Assembly (NCBI GenBank): GCA_045837725.1
Contig: JBEWZL010000210.1
Coordinates: forward strand, 1-64,000
DNA length: 64,000 bases
DNA from: Vermamoeba vermiformis
Lineage: Eukaryota
Direction of reading: 5' to 3'
Each line of letters begins with the position of its first letter. Position 1 is the first letter of the stretch. Positions 34,746-46,219 of this stretch are shown one piece after another. The notes beneath the pieces were generated by a model that did no database searches, was not told the origin of the DNA, and was given only the letters and a program-made list of their open reading frames with translations. A program made the translations under genes and the position numbers.

Positions 34746-37700
34746 CTACAAATTATCATTTGCATCACTGTCATTATTTGCATCATCAGCTTCTGGTTTG
34801 AGCATCTTGATTTGCTTGTACAGGTCTGGTGAAATTTCTTCAAGTACTTCATTGTTGACAGTAATTGCATAATAAGTAATCCATTTTCCTTTTCCTTGAG
34901 ATTCTTTTTCGTCTGTTATTTGAGCTTGCTTGTCATCCAACTTAATTCTTTTCAAGTAACTTGGTGTTTTTTCGTAGGGGACAATAACATTGAGGCCCAA
35001 TACTTTTGCAGGTAATTTCAACTTGGGCAGCATGCCTGCTAGCGTTAATGCAGCAACATATGGACTGGTGAACCAATTGCCATAAACAAATTTCTTGTTA
35101 TTTTCATTCCATTTTGCAGACTCTTGTTTGTTTTTCAAAGCCAGTGAGAACTCAACTGCTATTTTGTTCAGTCTCTGTTTATCCCCTGTTTGTTTTGTTA
35201 GTCATTCACATACTAATTAGGGCTATTTACATACAAGCAAAGCCTATTGCATCAGGTCCAAGACCAAATGGAGGGTAAAACATAATGTTCGTTGGCTGCA
35301 ACAACAAAAACATCATGGTAATCCGTAAAGCAGGTGATGAGATAGATGCTATATGTCTAACTATTGTTCGTGTAGCTGGTTGTTGCCATGACCGAAGCTT
35401 CAGAAACTCCGCCCACAATGGATTGGTTTCCAAAAGTTTCAGTGCATTGTCCAATTTACCATCCATTTGAAGCAATGCACGTTGAAGGCATGTATCAGCA
35501 TCCACCAAGGAGATCAATTTATGGCCTCCTGCTTCATACCACCTTGGATCAACTCGCTTGACCCAGGATGGAATGTTTTCTCCATTCTGAACTGCTCTGA
35601 TAACTGTCTGAAGCTACTCAGACAAATTAGCACTGTTACGAATTTGCTATTAACTCTTACTCTAAATGGCTGCATGAAATATTCAAACAAGTATCCAAGC
35701 ATTTGAGCATTAACTACTTGAATTGCTTGTAAATTTTGTGTTAGATCAGTTGCAAATTTACGTGTCATTTGCTTCATAAGAGGCAAGTCAAGCAGTGCAT
35801 CACGGATGAATGGCTCTGCAATGCTGTACACATAGCCATCCTGAGATTTCATCAAATACACAAAGCCAAGGCTCATCAAAGGTATTGCAAACACATCTTC
35901 AAAATGTTTGGCAGAGAACCACTTTTGAAAATGGCTGAGGACCAGCACATATGCAATGAATTCCAGTGCTAAATAAATGAGTAAGCCTAGTTTTTAGGTC
36001 TAAATCATTTACCTTTTTGATAATTATTTCTTGCAACCCACTCAAGCAGCTGTATTCGTAACTTCAAGTAATCTTTCACTTCACTTGCATGGCTCCTTAA
36101 TGCTTCCTGAAAAATTTCATTTTGAACTGCAGGTGACATGACCTCTCCTTTTTTGTTCTGAGCTTCAGCATAAACAATGGCTATGAATCTGAATACATGT
36201 CGTAATCTTCCTTGTAATTGCCTCTCTGCTTGCTTTCTATTTTCGGCAGTCATGTTGTCCAAATTGATATACTTTGAAATCACTTCCAAAGCCTTCTCTG
36301 AAGTCACATATGGGTACTCAGGGAGTTGCTTCATTGTTTTAAAACTGCTGCCTTTAAGTCCACCACTTGTAAGAAATTCCTCAAAGTTGTGCATGTTTGT
36401 TCCTCCTACAACTCGTTTTGCAAAGCTTGGCAATGAGTACAGAGCCAATGCACACAGCAAATTTCTGAGGCACATTAGCAAACTTCAAACACAAAAATAT
36501 TGGCATACTGTTTTACTAGAATACCTGTACCAGACAAACTCCATACTTGACCAACAATCTGATCCTTGCCAATTTGTTGAAGTGTGTGAGCCTCATCCAG
36601 AGCAAACCAAACAGAGTGCTTGTGTACAATCTCTTCAATTAGACGTTGTCGAACTGTTGGTAGCCCAGTTGCCCTACCAAAGTTAGCTCTGGCTAATGAA
36701 CATGTGCTGAACTTACAGTGAAGATTTACGATTCAGGAACTCAGAAGTGATGCTATTTAAGATGTGCTGACCTCCACTAGAACTTGGCCAATAAAGCCAC
36801 TGTTCTGGTGTCAAGTTCCATCTTTCTTTGAGAACATCCAAAGTGATCAAATGAGCAAGCCAAAATAGCTCACATTGACGAATAATTTCATTTGTTGATT
36901 GAATGAGAGCTTCATCTGTTTGACTAGAGTCCACATTTGTGCTTCGAAAAATGCTTTTTACCAAAGTATTATAACTGCTGTCGACCTGATATTTTAATTT
37001 TTAAATTTGTTTAGCATGGAACAAAAACGCTAATACTCACAAAATCTTGTTTGACAGGAGTGGCAGTTGCAAGGTCTGAAGCGACGTAGTTTCCTTGCAC
37101 ATAAATCAAGTATGCCTTGCGTCCAACAGCATTAAGCATGGTTGCTTTAAAAAGTTACATTAGTTAAATTATTGTGACTAACGTGTAACAAAAATACCTG
37201 TTTTTCCAGCGCCTTGTATCGCTGAAGTACGTAAATGCGTTCCGAATGAGCCCCATCAACCGCCTCTTGCAGGTATGTATACACAGAATCATTTACTTGT
37301 GCTGGCATAAAGCGCAGATCAATGCCTTCGCTGAGTGGATTAAAAGAGAGCGATTGTTCGCCTGCCAAAGATCCAAGGACTTGCCTGAATTTTTCAGTTT
37401 TTTGAGCGGTGATAGCTTCAAAATTAGGCTGTTCAACACGGTCCAAAATGTTTAGAACGGTGTCGCGTAAAAATTTTGAGGTGGGTTTTGTAATGGCGCC
37501 AAACAGATCGGCTATTTGCGTCGCTGCATCCTCTGAAACTCCGGCGCGAACGAGTTTGCCTTTGTTTGCCAATTCATTGACACTAAAATTGCTGTTGAAT
37601 ATAATTCTCTCCTCTTCTTCGTTGGTGTAAACGTTATACAAAGAAAACCACTGTCGAATCTGGGTGCGGTCCCACCGACGTGGATCTGCAAAACAAATAA

Positions 37701-38156
37701 GATCACCGTTGCCGTTCAAAAATGAGCTTACCGTCATCGCCGTCGTGAAACAGTTCAATTGTTTTGTGTTTTAAGGAGGCAAGTGAATTCGGCGAGGATC
37801 GAGCTTAAATAAAACCACATTAATTACAATTAATTACGCTAATATTATCAATAATTCTTACTGTTTTCAGTGCAATATTGGGCGACACGGTTCGTTGATA
37901 GGATACGTTTTGCCTGAAATCTTCGAAGTTTGATTTTTTAATAACTTTTTGCTCAATTCTTAATTCGCTAATCAATACGCCGTACCGTGCAGCCACTTTT
38001 TCTGTGTGTTTGGATCGCTTATTTGTAACAGAAACTGCTAAGTTACGCTTGTCAGTCGAGAGAGAGATCAAACTAGAGATGCCACATACCTGGAGAGTAT
38101 TCGTAGCTGCGCCTTGCAATTTGTTTTGGCAATACTGTCAACAAGGTGCGCAACAT
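34746..38156 (-). pseudogene. Crinkler/RHS (CR)-type protein: SAM-like header, P-loop NTPase, restriction-endonuclease-like domain; frameshifted
   Basis: PRRWDRTQIRQWF (SAM-like). Walker A AIQGAGKTAT appears after correcting a 1-bp loss at ~37225. Also WFALDEAH, VVGGT, LQGRLR, EPF, GYLFE and PPFGLGPD..LALK. The 5' exons are uncertain. Confidence 0.72.
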
Positions 38157-38278
38157 TTCGAAGCTGTTGCGTTTACATTGCGTGCGCTAAAACTGTCGCG
38201 TCCCCACCGAAATTCCTTTTGCAACTAAATTTTGTCTGCCGTTTGGTCTTTCATAATCCGAATATCAAGAACGCGAAC

Positions 38279-40780
38279 ATGAAGGTCTTGGTTGCTGTTT
38301 GCTTGTTAGTAGCATTTGCTCAGGTCAATTGCTGGGCGGAGGATCTTGTTCAAACTGAAGGCGGCCTCGTAAGAGGCGTTGTGCAGGATGTATACCGTTC
38401 ATTTAAGGTATGTTATTCGTTTTATTCGTGATTTAATCTTCGTCATAAAATTCGTCAATAACTGAAAGATATTTTCTTTGATCAGATCAAGAATGACATT
38501 TTACTCGCTTCTTTAACGCTCTTAAAATTATGATAATTCTTAAATAATACGTTAATCGTTAAATTGAAGGGAATCCCTTTCATGGCCCCACCTGTTGGCC
38601 AATTGCGTTGGGCAGCACCTCAACCGAAAGCTCCTTGGTCTCCTGCTGTACTTGACGCTTCACAATATTCAGCTGGTTGCCCTCAAAATTGCGTATTGCC
38701 TAACAGTAAGTTTTAAACTGCAAGGCGAATCGGGTTGGATGCGTTGAACATTTCGCAAGAAATTTCCCCTAAGCACAATTTGCGACTTTATTACCTCTTA
38801 CACAAACCTATCACATTTTTTTAACTTGCTTTTAAATCGGGAAACGATCCTTTGAACGCTAGTAACAATCCAATAGAAATTATTTGGCACGTGTCACGTA
38901 CGCGTCATTCATGTCACTTACACTTGTATTTTTAGTGACTTGTCCAGTGTATATCAGCGAAGATTGTATGTATTTGAACATTTTCACGCCTCTTGTGTCG
39001 CAAATGACGTCAAAAGTGCCCGTGATGGTATTCTTCCCTGGAGGTCACTTCGATCAAGTACGTATAGTCTAGAAATCATCTCGCACGAACGAATTACTGA
39101 TTGTATTATTCAGGGCGCTGCTGGTACTGACTTGTATAACGGAGGATACATGGTGAACAGAAGTAACGTCATTCTCGTGACAACAAATTACAGGTACGAG
39201 CGGATCCAACGCGTTGAGACTCATCCTATTTTGATTCCTTTGAATATAATACTAATTGCAATACGTAATACAGACTAGGAGTTCTCGGCTGGATCGCAAC
39301 AGGAACAATGAAAGGCAACTACGGTTTCCAAGATCAGATCGCAGCACTTCAATGGGTTCAACGCAACATTGCCAACTTTGGAGGAGATCCAACACAAGTC
39401 ACAATCTTTGGTCAAAGTGCTGGTGCCGACTCTGTTGCAGCACACATCATTTCGTCGAAATCAACAGGCTTGTTCTCACGAGGTACGTGACCAAAGTAGG
39501 GTCCGCACACGAGTACTAACCGAACTGATCTCTCACAGCAATCATTGAGAGCTTCCCAGCCACTCTCCCGATGAAGTAAGTCTTCTATTTGATGCTAGGC
39601 TATGACCTAATCACCGTTATTCAGGACGTGGGAAGATGCGCGAAAGATTGGTCGACTTTTCTTGGGAAATCTCTCGTGCTCTGATGGTGACATGGGCTGC
39701 TTGAGGTACGCTTAGCCTCTACCATTAGATTTATCCAGCATTAATATGCCTAATTAGATCTAAGTCCGTCGAAGAGATTATTATTGCACAAGAGAAGGTC
39801 GCGAAACATTTGCCGATTCTTCATCCTTTGCAATTATTCTTGCCGTGGACTCCCATCAGTACGTCAAACCATCTATTGCTGTATAATTTATTAACACTGT
39901 ATTAGTTAACGGCATTGAGTTGACGAACGATGTCTGGACCGCTGTATCATCGGGCAGTTTCAACAAAGTACCCGTGATGATCGGAACAGTCTCCGAAGAA
40001 GCACTTTTGTTCATTTACAAAGCGGATCCAACCAAGAAGATCAACGATGCTGAGTACATCGCAGCTATTACGTACTTGTTCACGACCGACGCAGCTAAAG
40101 TGCTGTTGGAGTACCCGCCAAAACCTATCGTCGGCGATAAGCGACCTGCTTTGGCAGTTGTTGGCACGGACTACATATTCACCTGCTCGACTCGGTACGT
40201 CACGTTTAGATTCTAGCCGGGACCTCTTATGAACTGTAACTCATTCCCTTTCGTAACAGTTACTACACTGGCTTGCTCACTGCCAACAATGTGCCAACTT
40301 GGATCTACCAGGTAAGTGCACTTCTCGTGCAAATCGTACTTAAAACTAACGTACGTTTGTTGTTTTTAGTTCTCGCACGTGTCAGTCAATGATATTTGGA
40401 TGCCTGGATATCCTTACTGCGTTGGTCACGTGTGTCACGGTGAAGAATTGCCTTTCGTTTTCGTACGTAAACTAACATTTTGTTGTATACTATATGAATG
40501 AAGCTAACCAAAACGATTTCTGTAGAACACTTTGCCTTCATTTGGAAAGACACCCACTGACGCCGAACTGATCATGTCCAATGCAATGATCGACTACTGG
40601 ACCAACTTCGCCAAAACAGGAAATCCCAACAAACCAGCACCAGTGCAGTACTGGCCTCAGTTCGACTACACAAACTTCAACTCACTCGACATCAACACAC
40701 CAATCAGTGTTGTTCAAGGATTGAAGAAGAACAAGTGTGACTTCTGGGACGACATTGGTTATTTTGACGGTACTAAATAG
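38279..40780 (+). CDS. Secreted type-B carboxylesterase, copy 3
   Basis: Same exon structure as copies 1 and 2. GQSAG nucleophile. Confidence 0.95.
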
Positions 40781-41067
40781 ATAGATCTAATCGAGCATAA
40801 TGAGCGCATCAGTATTAAAATAAACGTAAGTTACATTAATACGTTGAACGAAACAAAATCTTCCAGGCAATTTCAATTAGGTTCGGAATTCCACAGCGAA
40901 ACAATTCACTTCTGATAAATTAACGCTATAACCTTATATTAAGCTTAAAAATACATCATTTTATTAAGAGAAAGTATGTACATACAACTGACGATTAATT
41001 TTGCTGTAAGTGACCTTAGATCCCGTTACAATTCAATCAAAATATCTCGGGAAAAAAAATCTTTCGG

Positions 41068-41478
41068 TTATTTATAGCTTAACTTAGACTCGACGAAGAT
41101 AAGGCTCTCGAATTCCTGGTAAGAGATCTTTTTGTTGCCATCCAGATCATACTTGTCAAACAGATCATTCGCGAATTGAGTTGGAGTCCTTACGCCCAGT
41201 CCCTTCCGTAGTTCAGCACCATGAGGACCGGTTTCGATGAGAGTCAATATGTTTACAGCCAAAGTACCGAATTCCGATCGAGACAAGTAGCCGCTACGAT
41301 CCGTATCGTACGCTTTGAAGGCTTCTTTGATTCGTCGGCAATTTTCTGGATCAGAAAGAGCTGCTTTTAATGCGGGAATGTTACCCTAAGCAAGATGACA
41401 CGTTAGTTAGAAGCCGATTGAACAGATTCATTTTATGGCACGACGATAAGAGGAAAATCTATCCGTGGAGCTTACCAT
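41068..41478 (-). CDS. Small two-EF-hand calcium-binding protein with possible N-myristoylation
   Basis: ATG-only first exon, then GNIPALK. Canonical loops DTDRSGYLSRSE and DLDGNKKISYQE. Confidence 0.88.
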
Positions 41479-41645
41479 TTGTATTTTTCATGTTATTTTA
41501 TTCAAAAAAGAGTGTCAGAATCTTTGGCGCCGCAAAAAAGTACCTCTAACGCGAAATTCCGTCGCTTTTTTTGGCGTGGCCGTCAGTGCGTTGTAAGTTC
41601 GGATTATCACTCCATATAACAATATTCCGTTGTAAGCCACAAAGC

Positions 41646-44600
41646 ATGGAAGACAATACTATTTCCACGGAGCTTCAGTCTCTTCCAAAAGACATGAAGT
41701 TCATCGTGTTAACTCATCTGGATGCGCAATCGCTAGGCCGCTTAATGCAGACTAACAAGAGTTTTAGTACGCTGCCCACTGAAGTTAATTTATGGAAGCA
41801 CAAATGTTTGACTGCGTGGAAGCTCTCGCCTGAAAGTAAGATCCACAACAAAAAGATTTTTCTGAATTATTTCTGACTTAAATAATTACCTTCGATCACA
41901 AGTCAAATATATAGTAAAGTGAATTTGCATTATTGTCATAATTATTTACTCCCGAATTTTTTAAAACGCTACCACTTTTTTTTGTTGGAATTATTGTCAA
42001 AATGTTTCTACAAACATTTGTAGAAATTTTTGTCAAAATATTTTCATAACCGAACGTTTTGTGACCGAAGCAGAAGAAAAGTTTACTCTTTTTCCTTGAT
42101 CTGTGAAGATCTGGATTTTAATAATTTAAAATATCTCTATAATCGGCGGTAGTGCTTGCACTTTGAATCAAGAAGTATAAAAATATGTTGTACTTTTCGA
42201 CGCGCTAAAAATTGCGCAATAACGCGAGAGTGTGCCTCTAATTTTGGCGTTGTCAATGCTGCAAGCACTCCGCAAGAGCAGAAAATATCAATATTTAATG
42301 AACGAAAAAATTACGAGCTATGCTTGCCCGTACCAGCAGCACGACTGCAACGCAATCTTTAATTTTATATATTTTTCGCTTAGCACTTGCAGCCTAAAGC
42401 GCCGATGTACGTGAAGTTTCAATAGGTTGCAGAAATAGTTCGTAAAAAGTTTCTGAAAATATTTCGACAAATGTTTTGACAAATATTTTGTATAATTTTG
42501 GGTGGTAGCGTTTTTTAAAATTTGGGAATAAATTAATTTTTGAATATTTTACAGAAATAAAAAAGATCGAGTCAATTGCAGCAACTGTCAACTGGCACCG
42601 AGAATATCGTGTACTTACATATTATTCTCGTCGTATTTATGGCAATCAATTGGAAATAAGACCCGAAGATTCGACCTTTGTCAAAACAATTGATGAAGAT
42701 CCAAATTCGCTTGATTTTTATTCAGATCAAGTGGTTGATGCGATAATATCCTTTTAACAATCTATATGTATTTAATGATGCTTTGTCATTTAGTGTTTAT
42801 CCCTTAATTACTATTTTACGCAGTTCAAGGCAAGTTCAAACTTTACCCGTTGCCAATAGACAACTTTGGAGTGGCTTATTATGAACTCACCGTTGAACAA
42901 TTAAACGAAAAAGAACCGTACGTATAATACATTCCATTATTTCATTCGTAATTGACTTGACAAAATTTTGGAGGCGGATTTGAATCCGATCCTAAAATTT
43001 CATTCGTTACAATTATTTATCCAAGCAATTGAATAATACTTTATATTAATATACATGCTTATTAGTACTATTGGCATCGGATTTGCATTGCATCGATATG
43101 TTCGCGCGTTTCCAGGCTGGGGCAAAGATTCTTACGGATTGCACGGTGACAACGGTCATTTTTACAATCAACGCTCATTTGGCATGCAAAGATGTGATCT
43201 ATGGGCTGTCGGTGACACTAGTAAGTATTTAAATATCAAGAATTCTTTTTACATAAAGTATCGAGATCGAATCCAAAATCTTTGCAAATATTTTTGCATT
43301 ACTATTTAAGGAATCTATTTCAGTGAAACGATTTTAACTCTATTTTTGCAGTCGGACTTGGCATCAATTACGCAAAGAAAGAAATATTTTTGACACGCAA
43401 TGGAGTACTGCTGTCAGTAATTGCCAAAAAAGTCCGCAATTTGAAGCACATGTACGCGACAATAGGCATCAGAGCTATCAACAACAGATGTCGGGTCAAT
43501 TTTGGTCAAAAGCCGTTCGAGTTCGATGTTGAAGAGTACATGAGAAATCTCGAACAAGATCCAGAGTTTGTGAAGCGATGGCCGATGAAACTTTATAGCC
43601 AATTTAGTACGTGCATTAGTATACTTTCATATACCAAAACAATTTCCAAATTAGTACAATCCAACAAAATCCATTAATTATTGGTGCAAGTTTTATTAAT
43701 TTTATTTTTGTTGCCGTACAGTCCAAGAAATTGAAAATTCGTTCGTTGACGATGAAAGTCCCGAAGAAGTTGAAGAAGAAATGATTGGTGGATTAGATTA
43801 CTACGAAAAGATCGAACAACACGACCACCATGAGCCTCACGAGGACAATCACGTGCACGGCGAACACTGCGCGCATGACCACGAACACGAGCACGGACAC
43901 GACGACACGAGTGCACTCTCGCCTGAAGAACTCAACCATCGCAAGCACAAAGAGTACTTGGAGTGGCTGTTCAACAGACTCGCCGGACTGGAGACTGAAG
44001 TCACGCAACAGTACGTACTGAATTATATTTCTGTGGCTATGGACAAAGTGTCAAATTTTTTATTCACATCAAAAAAAATTGGGGATTGTACGTGTCAAAA
44101 ATTGGTTGACACGTGTCAAATTTGACTTTCAACAGCGTCTGTGCTGTCGTATGGATGGCTGTAATTAATGGCTTTCCTTATTAGGGCAATCGATGAGAAC
44201 AGTCCTGACATTCGTGAAATCACTTTAAGATTGATTGACGGCTTGCAATTCGTACGAACGCACTAATAACATTATTGGAGATATATAGCGTATCTAACAC
44301 TTTCCTTTAATAGCAAATTGACACTAATTTGCCGCTCGAAGAATTAGTACATCAAACACGTCTCGAAATGATCGGCTTCATGTCCGCGCAATATCACAGT
44401 TATTTGGTCGAAGAAAAAGCGCTCAGAGCTCAACGCGAGGCTGCTAATCCTGCTGCTGTAAGTGATACTTGATTGCATCAAAATTACTTCTGACACGCAA
44501 GATGACACTTTGACACGCCATAGTACCACGTGACTGCGTTCATTTGACACGTATCAAACTAAATGATTTCTATGTATTCTAACGCCACTTTTTCCAAATT

Positions 44601-45918
44601 TAGAAAAAGCGCAAGTTGACCGGCATGGATCTGTTCCTCGAAGAAAATCGATTGACGTTCATTGGTAAGCTTGAATGATGCTATAATCAAGCATATATAT
44701 ACTCATCGTGTTTGTATTATAGCGGACAAATCCTACCCCGACAATCACCCTCTGATCCTCGCGGCAGTGCGTCAATTGAGTCACGCGCACAACATCAACA
44801 TTCCTGATCTGAACAACATCACGTGGGAGGATCGCGTGGACACTGTCCTGTTCATGGCTTATCGACTCTATTGCGCGTAAGCTTTGCATTAATTTTACAC
44901 AAATCAATCTTGACTTTCAAAAATAATTCAAATTTTTTTGCCTGACTGCAAATATTTCCATTTTTAGTAATTAAAGCTGATAGTTTTTGATGCTTTAAGT
45001 TTACCTTTCGAAATATTGAATTTTCACGGCGTGACAAAGATATTTATTTTGGGTTTGTTTAGGCGACGATTCAATGAAATGGAAGAAAAGCGAGTGCAGC
45101 GCAGAAAAGAAAACGAAAAAGAACGCAAAGAAAAAGAAAATGAATTCGAGAAAATCTTCGGCAAAGATTCTTTCGTGCCGTTCTCAAGCCTAGATAACCT
45201 GCAAAGATTGGTCGAGAACATTGTTCAGCCCGTAGGAAATTTCCAAGCTTCTGAAGACGATCTTTGCAACGCGACGGAATTTTGTTCGATGAAATATTAC
45301 GGCGGAATATTACGCAATCCAAAATTGGCAACGACCGAGCCGATAATTTTAGAAACTTTGAACTGGTGGCAATGCGTGCCCGAAGTTCCATTGACCCCCG
45401 AAACTTCGATGGACGAGTTCAGATCCAGATGCGTCAAAATTGCTGAACAAAAAGTAGCCTATTATGAAGACGATAGAATCAGATGCGAATCGATCGTCCG
45501 AGGATCAATAGGCTTATTAAGAACAAAAGCTATCATAGAAAACGATCGATTATTAGTGGTCGTTTTGTTGGGCTGGATCGAGCTGCTGTTGGGACTGATG
45601 CACGAAAATCACGAAATTTCCAACGAAGAATTAAGTATTGAATTAATTGAGCAATTAACAACGCGATTAGAAAATATGGACCGAACTTTCCAAGAATTAC
45701 AAAATGCGAAGCAACAAGCCAGAGAACGTCGTGCTTTAGAAAAACAGCAACAAAAAACTGAAACCGATAGTAATAATAATACTAATAAGCCTAATAAGCA
45801 AGATAAGGCAGTTTGCACTAGCAGTAACAATACGCCATTTATTGTTGCGGCTACAGTCGCCGGTGTAGCTATTTTAGGCGCTGCGTTCGTGTTCTTTAGA
45901 ACCAAGTGGCGAAAATAA
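41646..45918 (+). CDS. F-box + SPRY (RanBP9-like) protein with His-rich tract and C-terminal membrane anchor
   Basis: LPKDMKFIVLTHLD F-box. SPRY motifs YYELTV, IGIGF..PGW..SYGLHGDNG, TRNG, VNFGQKPF. Tail FIVAATVAGVAILGAAFVFFRTKWRK. Linkage of the last exon is inferred. Confidence 0.78.
41940..42538. mobile_element. MITE/foldback-like element in intron 1 of the F-box-SPRY gene
   Basis: Left TTTACTCCCGAATTTTTTAAAACGCTACCAC and right GTGGTAGCGTTTTTTAAAATTTGGGAATAAA are imperfect inverted repeats. Both arms continue inward as ~12-bp TTGTCAAAATAT-like subrepeats. Confidence 0.7.
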
Positions 45919-46219
45919 CAACAAAATTTATTCTTAATTTGTGCTGCGACATAAATTTGCCATCGATAGAACGGTCACACTTTTTTACCATAAAAAAACA
46001 GACAGGCTTTACCGACTAAGCCATAGTAGACTAGTACTTCATTCGACGCCGGCAAATTACACTGCTGGTATTTTCACTAAAATGATAAATAAGGTAAAAC
46101 ATGAAAAGCAAATTGTGGCAGTGACTAAACGCTACCATTTATTGGACTTGGGATAAAAGTTTGGTTTCAAACGCGAAATTTCTGACGGATATTTGATGGA
46201 CATTTGCAATGACGATGAT

